A DNA stretch of 57,691 bases from a virus (taxonomy: Duplodnaviria; Caudoviricetes). The notes under the pieces were generated by a model. It was not told the DNA's origin. It did no database searches and saw only the letters and a list, made by a program, of their open reading frames with translations. A program made the translations under genes and the position numbers. This document shows, piece by piece, positions 17,960-28,118 of this stretch (position 1 is its first letter; the number at the start of each line of letters is the position of its first letter). The stretch spans positions 1 through 57,691 of the IMG/VR virus record IMGVR_UViG_3300044631_002111. The stretch is one strand, 5' to 3'.

Positions 17960-18669
17960 GGTTTTACATCAAAAGTGAGGAGACTGAACGCAGACACCGA
18001 ATTAGTGCCGCTATTTTGCCACATCGAGATGTTAGTATAGGCTCCCGCCGCTGCTTCGATATCGAATAGCACTAACTTTGGAATGCCGTTGCGCGACAGT
18101 AACGTGGAGAATATCGTGTTCGTGGGGTATGCGAAGGCCGCTACATAATCAGGCGCATACTGGCCTGTGGCTACCGTGTCAACGGCTACCCCGACACGCC
18201 ATTTGCCTGCGTTTTTAAACGTCATTTCGAGAGCGATCCCGTAGTAACTCGCGTTACTTCCGCTTGGGCTGTTGAACGGCCCACTGCTGACACTGACCGA
18301 CAACGCCCCACTACGAACAAGGGCGCTTCCATCGGGTGCTTTGAACGATGGATAACCCGGAAAATTAACAAAAGTACCGCCGCCGCCAAAAACGTCAATA
18401 TTGCTGGGAGGTAAGACGTTTGAGCGATATGAAACGGGTAATGTCGCTCCTAAATCGTTTTGGGTTCCTACAGCTTGGAAAACTGTAGTGGAGCCCGGAC
18501 AAATTTGAAAGTAGCCAGCGGTTCCGTAGCGGTTACTCCCGCCAATAGAGAACAGTTTGGGTATTGAAGGATCTGACCACTGTGTCGCACCCGTCGCATC
18601 GACACCGACAAAAGTAGGCGCGGCTACAGCCAGATCAGAAAGATAAGGATTGATGAGGTATGCGCTCAT
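17956..18669 (-). CDS. Beta-rich fibre/receptor-binding module
   Basis: N-terminal 'YLINPY' motif, 237 aa, follows the fibre gene with a 4-nt overlap. Confidence 0.45.
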   Translation of the reverse strand: MSAYLINPYLSDLAVAAPTFVGVDATGATQWSDPSIPKLFSIGGSNRYGTAGYFQICPGSTTVFQAVGTQNDLGATLPVSYRSNVLPPSNIDVFGGGGTFVNFPGYPSFKAPDGSALVRSGALSVSVSSGPFNSPSGSNASYYGIALEMTFKNAGKWRVGVAVDTVATGQYAPDYVAAFAYPTNTIFSTLLSRNGIPKLVLFDIEAAAGAYTNISMWQNSGTNSVSAFSLLTFDVKP

Positions 18670-20114
18670 TGTCCAGTGATATACACTTTCAAGCCGCGCC
18701 CCTTTTCAGCGGCCCCCGTTTGAATGATGTGAATGGAAATAACATCATTTTGATTGGCTTGATCGACATTCAAACTACCAAGCTGCTGAACAGTTGTAAA
18801 AAATGAGGTTTGTCCCGAGGGAATAATAAGAACTGCCGAGTTATTTTCAAAGACGCTGGAACCGTTTACACGGACATCAACAATCAGACTTGCGCCCTGA
18901 GGAGCAGTCGTCACGCTTGCGCCAAAGCGCGTGAACGTAAAAAAGCGAGGCGAAAGAAATCGAACCTTTTCACCAGCGGTCAGGGCCGTCACCTCGTCGG
19001 AGCAAGCCACAACAAGGTCATAAGGGTGGGTGTGAGCAGAAGGCGGAAAGGTCGAGGGCTTGTTCAGAATCTGCGCGTCCCCCGAATTGGCATTCCAATT
19101 TGACTGCACGTTGGGACTAATCTCAGTGTAAGCAGTGCCGTTCCAGACATACACTTTACCGTTGTCTGAGGTCACATACACGGAGCCACCTTGAGAAACA
19201 GTAACGCCAGTTGTAGGAAGAGCGGCAAAATTGGCTACGCTAACAAATGTATCCAAAGCGTCTCGTTGAGCTTGTGCATTTGCGGCAAGCAACAAAGCGC
19301 GGCCTGCGGCGGTGCTGTCGGAGATGGCCGAGGCGGAGTGGGTGTGGCCCACGAGACTAATGGTGCCGGAGGAATTCGGGACGGTGAGCGTGCAAGTATC
19401 GCCCGGATTCACGCCAGACAGACTGAAGGCTAAAAATTTAGCGGTAGTGAATTGACCACTAACCTCGCTGACGCGAAAGTCCGACGAGGAAAACTTCGGG
19501 TCGATATCGGGGTGGGTGTGCGCTTCCCATGTGCCTAGCGTCCACGCGCCGGAGGTGTAAATGAAAGTGCGGTGCTGGCCGAGGCCTATTGAGGCCGACA
19601 CCGTATAATCAAACGGGCCCGTTCTTACGCCTAGCGACGCGGAGTGAGCCGATTCGACAAGCGCCACTTCCAGACGATCTCCTTCAACATTACCAGTGGC
19701 AGGCAGATAGACAGCGGCACCGCTGGTGGTGTTTGTGCTGTTGACCCGCACTCGCTGATTTCGGGCGGCGGTGAGTTGCTGGGCGCTGCTGACAGTGATG
19801 CTGGTGACGGATTGCAGCGACTGCGCCCCCACATCCGCCGCGTCAAGCGTGACCGCCCCCGTCTCGCCGTTGACCGAGGCCACCGGCGCTGCACTCATTT
19901 TTTCCACGAAATTCGAGTCTGCGACACCGTCTTTGAACCAATACTCCACGACCGAACTGCCGCTTTTGATACCGACGGTTAAGCCCTGATAACGGAAGCC
20001 AGACGTGAGGTCAGCGAGCGCGAGTCCGGCGGTATCGTAAGGCCCGTATTTGGCGTCCAGAGCGGTTGGCGCCCCAATCAGAACGCCTGCTGCGAGTGTA
20101 ATTCCCGATGGCAT
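18666..20114 (-). CDS. Tail fibre protein
   Basis: VASVNGETGAVTL, repeated HTH (His-Thr-His) knots, QSNWN...ILNKP.TFPPS.HTH and a C-terminal 'G.GLKV' domain. Confidence 0.75.
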   Translation of the reverse strand: MPSGITLAAGVLIGAPTALDAKYGPYDTAGLALADLTSGFRYQGLTVGIKSGSSVVEYWFKDGVADSNFVEKMSAAPVASVNGETGAVTLDAADVGAQSLQSVTSITVSSAQQLTAARNQRVRVNSTNTTSGAAVYLPATGNVEGDRLEVALVESAHSASLGVRTGPFDYTVSASIGLGQHRTFIYTSGAWTLGTWEAHTHPDIDPKFSSSDFRVSEVSGQFTTAKFLAFSLSGVNPGDTCTLTVPNSSGTISLVGHTHSASAISDSTAAGRALLLAANAQAQRDALDTFVSVANFAALPTTGVTVSQGGSVYVTSDNGKVYVWNGTAYTEISPNVQSNWNANSGDAQILNKPSTFPPSAHTHPYDLVVACSDEVTALTAGEKVRFLSPRFFTFTRFGASVTTAPQGASLIVDVRVNGSSVFENNSAVLIIPSGQTSFFTTVQQLGSLNVDQANQNDVISIHIIQTGAAEKGRGLKVYITGQ

Positions 20115-21316
20115 TAGAGTGCGTTCCTCAGTTCTAAAGTCGTAGCTGAGTCAGTCAGCGGATTTTTACTTACGAGAATCTTAAAATCGCGTGTCCAACG
20201 CGGCGATGTTGACGCTTGGGCAACGCTGTTTTGAGTCTCTTCAGTCTTAAATGGTCCGGTAATCGAACCGCTGTTAAGAGCCGACACAAAATAAGCAGTC
20301 TTGCTAGTTAAGGCAGAGTCGTGCGCTACGCCCACAAACTGATTGCTTACGTTGTAGGGGACAGACAGGGTGCCGCCAGCATCCGCCACCACCTTCGCAA
20401 TATTTGCGGAAGCGTGAATGTTTGTAGCTGTTCCAGAGGTGCCGTTACCAAGAGCCGTGATCGCAGCACCAAACTGAGCCGCAGTAAACGTCACAGGAGA
20501 CTTGATGTAATACCAAGGGTACACGCCTGTGAATGCCGTAGTGCTGGCGGTGACTGTTCCGGCAGCTCGGCTTCCGTCTAGGGCAGTGCTGGCATTGTTT
20601 TTGTTATCGAAATACGCATCGGACCCTGCGCCGTGGGTAATTGAGACGCTCCATTGGTTTGATCCGAGAACAACAGCGATGGAACCAAGTGCGGAGTTGC
20701 TGGTTGAAGCGATGCCCGTGCCCGAATAGACGGGAAATTCGTTAGCATTCCCGACAAGTCCTGGCCCCAAAGACCCATCGCCGTTGGTGATGCGCCCCCG
20801 GTCAAAGACCGCGACCACGTTTCTAACAACCGAGCTGCCGACTTCCTGAACTCCAGTAGGTCCAGAAACCAACAAGGAGGCAGACTTCGGGGTAGATATA
20901 AAGGGCGGGACAGTCGGGAAAAGAATCGTGTCGAGAGCTTGGCTAATGGTGCGGGCCTTCCATGTGCTGGCGGGTTGCGCAGTCGCGCCCCCGACCGGAG
21001 TGCTAACGACCGTATCTGCCACAGCAGTCTGGTAGTTTAAATTGGCGGGCGGCGAGACGGCGGCTACAGCGGGGGCGAAGTCGGATATGTCCGTCGACAG
21101 GTGAGTGTGGCCCGGCTGACTGGCCGAATTGGCTTTGGCGAGAGAAGCCTGAACGGCGGCGGAGAGCCGCGCATCCGGAAGGGTCCCGTTGGTAAGCAGA
21201 GAAGCGTCTCCGTTAAGTGAGGCCGCGGGTCCTTGGGGCCCCGAAACTTCGAGGACAATCTCAACCGGCGTCTCTATGGCGACAATGTCGGTCTCTATGA
21301 TGACAACATCACTCAC
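20114..21316 (-). CDS. Tail fibre/virion protein
   Basis: GPQGP collagen-like start, GTL.DARLS, HTH..DISDF fibre motifs. Confidence 0.65.
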   Translation of the reverse strand: MSDVVIIETDIVAIETPVEIVLEVSGPQGPAASLNGDASLLTNGTLPDARLSAAVQASLAKANSASQPGHTHLSTDISDFAPAVAAVSPPANLNYQTAVADTVVSTPVGGATAQPASTWKARTISQALDTILFPTVPPFISTPKSASLLVSGPTGVQEVGSSVVRNVVAVFDRGRITNGDGSLGPGLVGNANEFPVYSGTGIASTSNSALGSIAVVLGSNQWSVSITHGAGSDAYFDNKNNASTALDGSRAAGTVTASTTAFTGVYPWYYIKSPVTFTAAQFGAAITALGNGTSGTATNIHASANIAKVVADAGGTLSVPYNVSNQFVGVAHDSALTSKTAYFVSALNSGSITGPFKTEETQNSVAQASTSPRWTRDFKILVSKNPLTDSATTLELRNAL

Positions 21317-21666
21317 AGCTTTGTTATCTCCGCTGAAACGACAAACGCCCCCTTCATCAGGGAGGTCACTTGTCCTCCGTTGCCCGTGGCCTTTAACTCA
21401 TACGCATACCGACCGGCGGCTAATCTTTTAGTCTGAGCAGCCGAAATGTTGAGAGTGAATCTCCCGAGCAAAGGCGTGATTACAATGCCCCCATTAGAAG
21501 TTGTGAGGGACAGCAACACGGAGGCCGAGGAGGCGCTCCCTCTCACCTGCAAAGCTGCGGTATACCCAGTTAAGTCGACGGGAACTTTCGGGGTTCCGGC
21601 CTTCCACGTAATGTTCCGCGAAAATGTGCCCCCCTGATCAATCGTTAGATTAACGGTCGCGGCCAT
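21313..21666 (-). CDS. Small virion Ig-like/baseplate-associated protein
   Basis: IDQGGTF...DLTGY.A..QVR...Y.YEL.....G.F.V motif. Confidence 0.65.
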   Translation of the reverse strand: MAATVNLTIDQGGTFSRNITWKAGTPKVPVDLTGYTAALQVRGSASSASVLLSLTTSNGGIVITPLLGRFTLNISAAQTKRLAAGRYAYELKATGNGGQVTSLMKGAFVVSAEITKL

Positions 21667-21717
21667 GGTTGGGGTGGGCCCTAGTGCAGGATTGAACTGC
21701 TCCAGGGGCCCGGTGCA

Positions 21718-22215
21718 TTACATCTTCTTATTTTTCTTGGAGACTTTCTTTTCAATAGACGAAAGGAAGTCCAAGTTGTCGTCGGCCTCGTCTGCCTCAT
21801 CTTCCTCCGACGGCTCTTCGGACTCTTCGTCCTCGGACGGCTCCGGAGCAACCACTTCTTCAGACGTTTCGGCTTCCGGCTCTTCAGCCTCGGGGGCTTC
21901 CATTTCCGGCTCTTCAGCCTCGGGGGCTTCCATTTCCAGTTCGTCGCTGACCGGGGTTCCGTCCAGCTCGCCCAAAACCAGTCTGCCGCCCTTGACCATC
22001 AAAGTGGCCATCGCGTCGAACGGCTCGCCGTCTTTGACGCCGTCCGGGACTTTGAAACCTGCGGGCATCGAGAAATTGATTTCACCATTCCGGCTACCTT
22101 CGGCTTCCATAAGCGGTTCTTTGCCTTCGCCCTTACTGAGATACTTTTCCATGGGATTCATATCTTTGGGTCCTTTCTTCTTCGGCCCTACGCCGATAAT
22201 CAACATAGTGCCCAT
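21718..22215 (-). CDS. Acidic hypothetical protein downstream of the capsid gene
   Basis: 165 aa; Glu-rich tail with an EMEAPEAEEP duplication. Confidence 0.6.
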   Translation of the reverse strand: MGTMLIIGVGPKKKGPKDMNPMEKYLSKGEGKEPLMEAEGSRNGEINFSMPAGFKVPDGVKDGEPFDAMATLMVKGGRLVLGELDGTPVSDELEMEAPEAEEPEMEAPEAEEPEAETSEEVVAPEPSEDEESEEPSEEDEADEADDNLDFLSSIEKKVSKKNKKM

Positions 22216-22283
22216 TTTGGTTGTTCTCCCCTTAGAGGGGCGGGGCCGTTATTTGGCCCCACCCGCTCAAGTGGGAGGGTGGA

Positions 22284-23711
22284 TTAGGCGTAGATCGGGT
22301 TGTTAGCCGAGCCAGCAGTCAGGTCGAGGAAGGTCGAGCTGCGGCGAGCGCGGATGACCGTACCCCACTCCGGACGGATCGGCTTGCTACCGGCGGAAAG
22401 AACCGCGCGGAAGTAACCAATCGTAGAATCCGGATTTTCCGTGGCGTGAGGGATATTTTTCCATTTGAAGTCTCCCATGTAGGAAACAGCATCAAACGTC
22501 ACGTTGGAACCGGCGCTGGTGAGGGGCTTCGGAACCAAGCAGGTGAAAACATCCTGGTGGAACACGATGGAGTCCTCGTAAACCGCAGCCTCGTAGGCCG
22601 GGTTGATGTCGAACTTGTTGCCCTGAGTCGTGGCGACTGCCTTGTAAGGCATGCGGCGCACGTAGACCGAGGTGCCGGTCGTGCCGGTTGTGGGGGCAGA
22701 CAGAGTCGCCGACGTAGCGGTGGCCGCGGTGACGAAGGTGCCGTGCGCGATTCCGTTGCCCGACAACTGGTCGCCGACAACCAGCGAGCTGCCGGTGATC
22801 GTGAGCGTGGTGGCTCCGGCACTGGCGCTCGTGATCGTCACGGCGTCGTGGCGGGGAAGCCAATCGTCTACCAAGTGGAAGAAGCCCGCGTAGCTGCGGC
22901 TGATGCCGAGCGGAGCAAGCAGCTCGTTCTTGGAGTCGCTCCAACGATAATCCTGGCGGATCGCGTCGTTGGTGGCGATGAGGTTGCGGCTGGCTTCCGA
23001 GGAGATGATCGCGCCAAAAACGGGGCGGGCATTCTCACGGTCCATCGGGTTGTTACCGCCGCCGTCGCGGATCAACTTCATGTAGACGCGATCCAAGATG
23101 CCCTGGTTGAGGGGCAGAGTCGGGAGCGTGGTGGAGTTGAAGACCGAGCCGTCGCCGTTGTTTTGGACCAAGGCGCCGCTGGTGCCGACCGCGTTGATCT
23201 TGTTCTGGGCCAAGCGGACGTATTCGTCGCGATAACGATCCTGCCAAGCGTAGGAGGTGTTCTCCTGGAGGATGGCGAAGATGTTAGCGAGCTGCTCTTT
23301 ACGCTTGAGCGAGAAGCGAAGGTCGTTGACCGAGAGCTTCGGGCTTTCCAGCGCGGTGTGCGTCAGGTTGTAGCTACGCAGGGTCTGAGCGAACTCGATG
23401 CGCTGCGCGCTGGGCAACTGGTTGGCGGCGCTGTTGGCGGAGATCGCCGAGGTGCCGTTGTTGAAAGTGCCGTCGCGGGAGACAACGCCGTTAACGGAGA
23501 TTTGGCTCCAGTTCAGGCTATTGGCCGGGAGCGAGCGCTCGTAGGTGAGCACGCGGACCGTGTCGCCCATTTCGTCGGGCCAACTGTCTTTCTTGACGAG
23601 TTTGAGCCAGGGGCTGGTGTTGAGAGTTTTGCGATAGATGTCGGGCCCGATACGATTGGCTTCGTTAATCAGGACCTGTTCGATATTTAGACCGGCAGCG
23701 GACTGTGACAT
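22284..23711 (-). CDS. Major capsid protein
   Basis: 475 aa after the scaffold gene, strong codon bias, AAGAGGA SD and a dedicated upstream promoter. Confidence 0.8.
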   Translation of the reverse strand: MSQSAAGLNIEQVLINEANRIGPDIYRKTLNTSPWLKLVKKDSWPDEMGDTVRVLTYERSLPANSLNWSQISVNGVVSRDGTFNNGTSAISANSAANQLPSAQRIEFAQTLRSYNLTHTALESPKLSVNDLRFSLKRKEQLANIFAILQENTSYAWQDRYRDEYVRLAQNKINAVGTSGALVQNNGDGSVFNSTTLPTLPLNQGILDRVYMKLIRDGGGNNPMDRENARPVFGAIISSEASRNLIATNDAIRQDYRWSDSKNELLAPLGISRSYAGFFHLVDDWLPRHDAVTITSASAGATTLTITGSSLVVGDQLSGNGIAHGTFVTAATATSATLSAPTTGTTGTSVYVRRMPYKAVATTQGNKFDINPAYEAAVYEDSIVFHQDVFTCLVPKPLTSAGSNVTFDAVSYMGDFKWKNIPHATENPDSTIGYFRAVLSAGSKPIRPEWGTVIRARRSSTFLDLTAGSANNPIYA

Positions 23712-23925
23712 AGTGATGTGTTTCCTCTTAAAGTTGGGTTGTGGTTGAATATACCCGCCGCCAGAAATCTCCGACGTATGAACGGAACATTCAATTTGGT
23801 TTCCCGTCCCGAGCCGGGGACAGCAGTCCGAGAGGACTGATTTAAGCTCTAAAGACTGACTGTAAGAGTGATTTGAGGCTCACACCGCCGGTTGCTAAGT
23901 AGAAGTGACTAGCAGCACGATGACA

Positions 23926-23954
23926 GGGTTAATATACCGCCTACTTTTTGTCAA
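23926..23954 (-). promoter_or_regulatory. Putative capsid-gene promoter (TTGACA) overlapped by a 13-bp motif
   Basis: TGTCAA at 23949-23954 (TTGACA on minus); GGGTTAATATACC at 23926-23938; -10 element non-canonical. Confidence 0.55.
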
Positions 23955-23962
23955 GCGCTTTT

Positions 23963-24172
23963 TTATGCCGCCGCAAACTTTTTTCGCCTGCGGGCCGAGT
24001 TCCTTAAAAACAACTGTTGGTGTCGCCGCCAGTTACCCGCCTTCGCAGAAAGCGGGGAACGGCGGTGAAACTTGCAGCAAAACAGACAGAAATACGTTTC
24101 CTGTCCCAGTTGCCGTGCGTCGGCTTCCGTGTCGTAACCTCGTTTGAAAAGACAGGCCTCGTATTGTTTCAC
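23963..24172 (-). CDS. Small putative Zn-binding protein
   Basis: C..K..Y.TE..A.....Y.C.FC..FH pattern, 69 aa. Confidence 0.45.
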   Translation of the reverse strand: MKQYEACLFKRGYDTEADARQLGQETYFCLFCCKFHRRSPLSAKAGNWRRHQQLFLRNSARRRKKFAAA

Positions 24173-24192
24173 ACGGGCCCTCGGTTGTGGGA

Positions 24193-25401
24193 CTACCCTA
24201 GCTGTTGCTCCAGAGCGTCGAGGAAGCCGACGTCTTCGGGTAGAGATCTGTTGGAATCCGCCGAACCGGAACCCGCTTTGGGCGAGCTGTTGCGGTATCC
24301 GACGATCTTCTTGTTAGCTTCCTCCAACTCCGATTTGGCTTCCTTAAGAGCTTTCAACAAGTGAGGAAGAAGCGCTCCCGAGTGGGCCATGTAGGCTTTC
24401 AACTCGGCGTCAGCTCCGGAATAGTCGCCTTTAGCGAGACGCTGAACGTCGGCCGCAACTTCCTCCTCAGCCAAAACCGGCACGGACTCCTTAAGGTCCG
24501 CAAAAACTTTTTCTACCGCCGCACCATATTCCGCTTTGGCGGCGGCTGCGGTTTTTCCCGACTCCTCTTGATATTGAGCCAACTCCGCTTGGCGCTGGGC
24601 CTCAATGGCCTGCATCCGTTCTCGGCTCGTGCTGTGGTATGAATCTCGACGACGGATAATTTCAGAGTAGTCGTCGGCAGAAGCATAGAGCCGCAGACGG
24701 TCTCGCTCGTTCATGTTGGCCGCTAGATCCGTCAACAAGTCACTCTGTTTGTTGGGGTCCGACTCAGAAAACGCCGTCATCATCTCGCGGGCGTTGAGTT
24801 CATATTTGGTAGCCAAGGACTCGACAAAACCGACTACGTTTACCATCGGATCAACCACGTTGACTTTATATTCCTGCGTCGCCTCCACCCGCGCTACAGA
24901 CAGCTCCTGCTCGTATTGCTGGTTGATCTGCCGGAGTTGCTCCAGCTCTGCCGAGTTGACGGGCGCCGCTTTGGCGGCTTCCAGCTCGGCCTTCAAAGAC
25001 TCGATCGTCTTGGCGTATTCTTTCGCCTTAGCGGCTTCGGCCCGAAGCTCGCCCCACTTGACTGCCGCTTTTTCAGTGAGGCCTTTCGGGACTTCTTCCT
25101 TGGGAGCGTCCGATTTATCTTCGGTCTTCTCGGATTTTTCCTCGGTCTTCTCGGATTTTTCCTCGGTCTTCTCCGGTTTTTCCGCGGCGGGCTCGACTTT
25201 TTCGGCCTTCTCAACTTTTTCGGTTTTCGCCTTGGGCTTCTTGTCCTCAACTTTTCCGTAGAGAGTGGCGCCGGTCTCCCTGTTCAAATTGTCGATCTGC
25301 GACTCCATACGACTTGCCCAGTCGTCGGAGCTGAAAGTGTCGGCGGGCGGCACGACTTCCAGGTTGGATTGAGGGGAGGATTCTATTGGTGTGGTTTCCA
25401 T
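24193..25401 (-). CDS. Capsid scaffolding protein
   Basis: Charged coiled-coil protein of 402 aa between the portal and capsid genes; EKTEEKS repeats. Confidence 0.7.
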   Translation of the reverse strand: METTPIESSPQSNLEVVPPADTFSSDDWASRMESQIDNLNRETGATLYGKVEDKKPKAKTEKVEKAEKVEPAAEKPEKTEEKSEKTEEKSEKTEDKSDAPKEEVPKGLTEKAAVKWGELRAEAAKAKEYAKTIESLKAELEAAKAAPVNSAELEQLRQINQQYEQELSVARVEATQEYKVNVVDPMVNVVGFVESLATKYELNAREMMTAFSESDPNKQSDLLTDLAANMNERDRLRLYASADDYSEIIRRRDSYHSTSRERMQAIEAQRQAELAQYQEESGKTAAAAKAEYGAAVEKVFADLKESVPVLAEEEVAADVQRLAKGDYSGADAELKAYMAHSGALLPHLLKALKEAKSELEEANKKIVGYRNSSPKAGSGSADSNRSLPEDVGFLDALEQQLG

Positions 25402-25419
25402 GATGGTTTGGTGTTTGGG

Positions 25420-25707
25420 TTATTCTTGTTCCGCGGCGTATTTCCACGGGGACAAATCTTGATCTGGGGCTTGGGCGCGGCGCACGGCCAGCGACCGCAA
25501 ATTTTGAAGCGCCTCGAAGTACCCTTCGCGCTTGGCGTTAAGCAGCGCGTGGTTCTCCATAAGATTGGCCGCGTCCGGGCGCAAACGAGACCGGGGGATA
25601 CCCGCGTCTTCAACAACGCTCAGGGCCAGTTGCAAAAGGTCCTCTCGCAATAGACTTGCGAATCCGTCGATTAGGTCCGGGCGAGCGAACCATTCTTTGT
25701 TAGTCAT
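25420..25707 (-). CDS. Small head-assembly-region protein
   Basis: 95 aa, 'A.REG' motif, between portal and scaffold. Confidence 0.55.
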   Translation of the reverse strand: MTNKEWFARPDLIDGFASLLREDLLQLALSVVEDAGIPRSRLRPDAANLMENHALLNAKREGYFEALQNLRSLAVRRAQAPDQDLSPWKYAAEQE

Positions 25708-25814
25708 TTATTTTTTTCTGGGTCACCAATTGTCAAAGTCGAAAGCGCACACTAGAACGAAGGCCACTACCGCGGACGCGAAACCGTAAGCCGCCAGTGC
25801 GTGCAAGGGGTCCA

Positions 25815-28052
25815 TTAGAACATTTGGCTAGCTTGCTGAATTTTTTGCGCCGTCTCGGCGTCTCGGAGCGCCAGCTTTTGTTGCGCTTCGGCCTGTTGCA
25901 GTGCCAGCTTTTGCTGGTGCCGTTCGGCTTCCATTTGAAGTTGTGCCTGATGGGCTTGAGCTTTGGACTGGGTCTCAGACGCTCCGCCTTCGGCCGGGGC
26001 TCCCCCCGCCGCTTCTTGGGCGCGGGCCTGTTCAGCGGTGACTTTCTCGATGGTCTGCTCGGCAATCTCGTTGCTCTGTTGGAACATCTGTTTGAGTTGT
26101 CCGTATTCCTGTTTCCGAGAGGCGTCTTGAGCGACGAACTGCATGTGCTCATTGGCGTGCGCCACGGCGATTTGGAAATACCGCGCTGCCGTCTGCGGAT
26201 CTGCCTGCTGCTGTTTGACCGCCTGCGCCATGTTGGCGAGGTCCTGAATGTGGACTGAGGCGTGGACAAAGTGGTTCTCGGACGGCTGCAAAGTCACCGG
26301 ACGGCCCTGAGCGATGGCTGCGTTCTCCAATTCGGCGATCTTCTCGTCGATGACCGGACGCGACTCTTGGAGCTTCGGCACATAGCGGTCGACGTGGTCG
26401 TAACCGATGCGGGCGGCAACACGATCGCGCAAAAGGCTCTGTCGGCCCTGCTCATCGAACTGATTGGCCATGGCCATGAACTCGTCCATGGCGACAAGTC
26501 GAAGTTGATCGGAACCCGCTCCGATGGAGCGCACAGCGCGAACCTCGGTAACTTTGTTGTGAAGAACGTCGAGCGGCACTCCGCGGGAGGTGCAATACTT
26601 TTTGAAAGCCGCGACGGCCTCGCCACCACGTTCTTCGACCATGTAGTCCTTGCGAATAGCGCGCTTGAAAGTGCCGCGCAGCAACCGGCTCCAGGGTTCG
26701 TAAAAAAGATTCATCGCACCCGTGGTAAGCCGGGCGTCGCCTTGAAGTTGCGCCTGAACCTCGAACTTGGTGCGCTCTTTGGAGGTGGGGTTTCCGGCTA
26801 CGCTGCGATACGCCCCGGCTCGCTCGCGCAACTGCTGAGACATGTCCTGGAGAACGGGGATGGCATTCTGTCCGATGTTGGGCAGGTTTTTCTCCAAAAT
26901 CTGAACGCCAGAGTTGAGGACGCTGAAGGGCCCCAGATACTCGAAAGCAAGATTCTCCAGACTGTCTTCGCTGTCGGGTTGAATCAGGAGCGACGTGGAG
27001 AGCATGGCCCCGTCAACAAACTGACACCGCATCCGATTGCTGACCTGAATGTGCGGGAAAATCTTGTAACCCAATCCTCGGATTGAGGCGTAGTAGCCAT
27101 TGGTGCCGACCCCATAGCAAAAGGTCACGAACGCGTCGCACGCCTTACGGAAACGGCTGCGCTTCTCGTAAAGAAACTCGTCGTTGCTGCCGTCGGCCAA
27201 GGAGATGTAGTGACTGACGGTGCCATCGTACTCCTTGACCCAAGCGTGGATGACGCGAATCTCGGAACCCGACCCGTGCGCAACGTAAAGGTCGTTGTTC
27301 TTGAGGTCTTCTTGGTAGCGCTCCCAATCGGTAATTTGATAGGAATCGTTGGCACCGGAGTTGGCCAAAATGGCCTTCTTGACCTCGTTTACATCCCACC
27401 CTATTTCCCGAGCACGCTTTTCGTTTTTGATGAAGCTGTAAAGTTCGTGCGCTCGCATGATGCGAGGAGACACGGCGACCTCCACCATCTCTTCCGCGGC
27501 GAACGTGCGTCGCGGGAGCAGAAAGTCTCCGATCTTAGAGATCTGCCAGCGCCAGTCATACTCGTCTTCCCAATACGCAACCGACACGCCGTGTTTGATG
27601 AAATACGTCGAGTTCAAGACGTGCTTGAAATTGAACTCGTCCCATTCGCGCAGCATCTTGGTGAAGCCCTCCGCAATGACGCGCTCGTAATCGCCCTTCT
27701 TCTGCGGATCGGCCTCTTTGACCTCGACCGTAATTAAATTCTCTACCGACTGAACGAGGTCGACATAACCGGCGAGCGAGGACTCCAACAGCGATTCAGC
27801 TTCGCCAAAATTCAAATTGCAACGACTGGCCATCCCCGCCTCGCGCAAGGAATTGTCGTCATAAGGAGGCGCCCCATCGAACATTGCGTCCACCTCACTG
27901 CGATTTCTCGCATTGACTGAATCGGCCTGCTTCAGACGCTGATAGACCGAGTTAAGCGACTCGGGATCTTTGATGCGGCTCGGGGGCGGTGCGCCGTCCG
28001 ACCGCAAATTCCCTACAAGCGGGTCGGAAGTTGAAGGAGAATTAGGGACCAT
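25815..28052 (-). CDS. Portal protein (P22/podovirus-like)
   Basis: 745 aa immediately after TerL; 'ERTKFEV' motif and a Gln-rich C-terminal barrel helix. Confidence 0.85.
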   Translation of the reverse strand: MVPNSPSTSDPLVGNLRSDGAPPPSRIKDPESLNSVYQRLKQADSVNARNRSEVDAMFDGAPPYDDNSLREAGMASRCNLNFGEAESLLESSLAGYVDLVQSVENLITVEVKEADPQKKGDYERVIAEGFTKMLREWDEFNFKHVLNSTYFIKHGVSVAYWEDEYDWRWQISKIGDFLLPRRTFAAEEMVEVAVSPRIMRAHELYSFIKNEKRAREIGWDVNEVKKAILANSGANDSYQITDWERYQEDLKNNDLYVAHGSGSEIRVIHAWVKEYDGTVSHYISLADGSNDEFLYEKRSRFRKACDAFVTFCYGVGTNGYYASIRGLGYKIFPHIQVSNRMRCQFVDGAMLSTSLLIQPDSEDSLENLAFEYLGPFSVLNSGVQILEKNLPNIGQNAIPVLQDMSQQLRERAGAYRSVAGNPTSKERTKFEVQAQLQGDARLTTGAMNLFYEPWSRLLRGTFKRAIRKDYMVEERGGEAVAAFKKYCTSRGVPLDVLHNKVTEVRAVRSIGAGSDQLRLVAMDEFMAMANQFDEQGRQSLLRDRVAARIGYDHVDRYVPKLQESRPVIDEKIAELENAAIAQGRPVTLQPSENHFVHASVHIQDLANMAQAVKQQQADPQTAARYFQIAVAHANEHMQFVAQDASRKQEYGQLKQMFQQSNEIAEQTIEKVTAEQARAQEAAGGAPAEGGASETQSKAQAHQAQLQMEAERHQQKLALQQAEAQQKLALRDAETAQKIQQASQMF

Positions 28053-28118
28053 GAAAAAAGGGGAGATTGCGGAAAGGTTTGGGTAAGCACGCAGATATGC
28101 GCGGTATATTATGCTTTG

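Noticed and set aside
8819-21316. Diversity-generating retroelement or invertible tail-fibre system
   Set aside because: No reverse transcriptase, TR/VR pair or invertase seen in the window.
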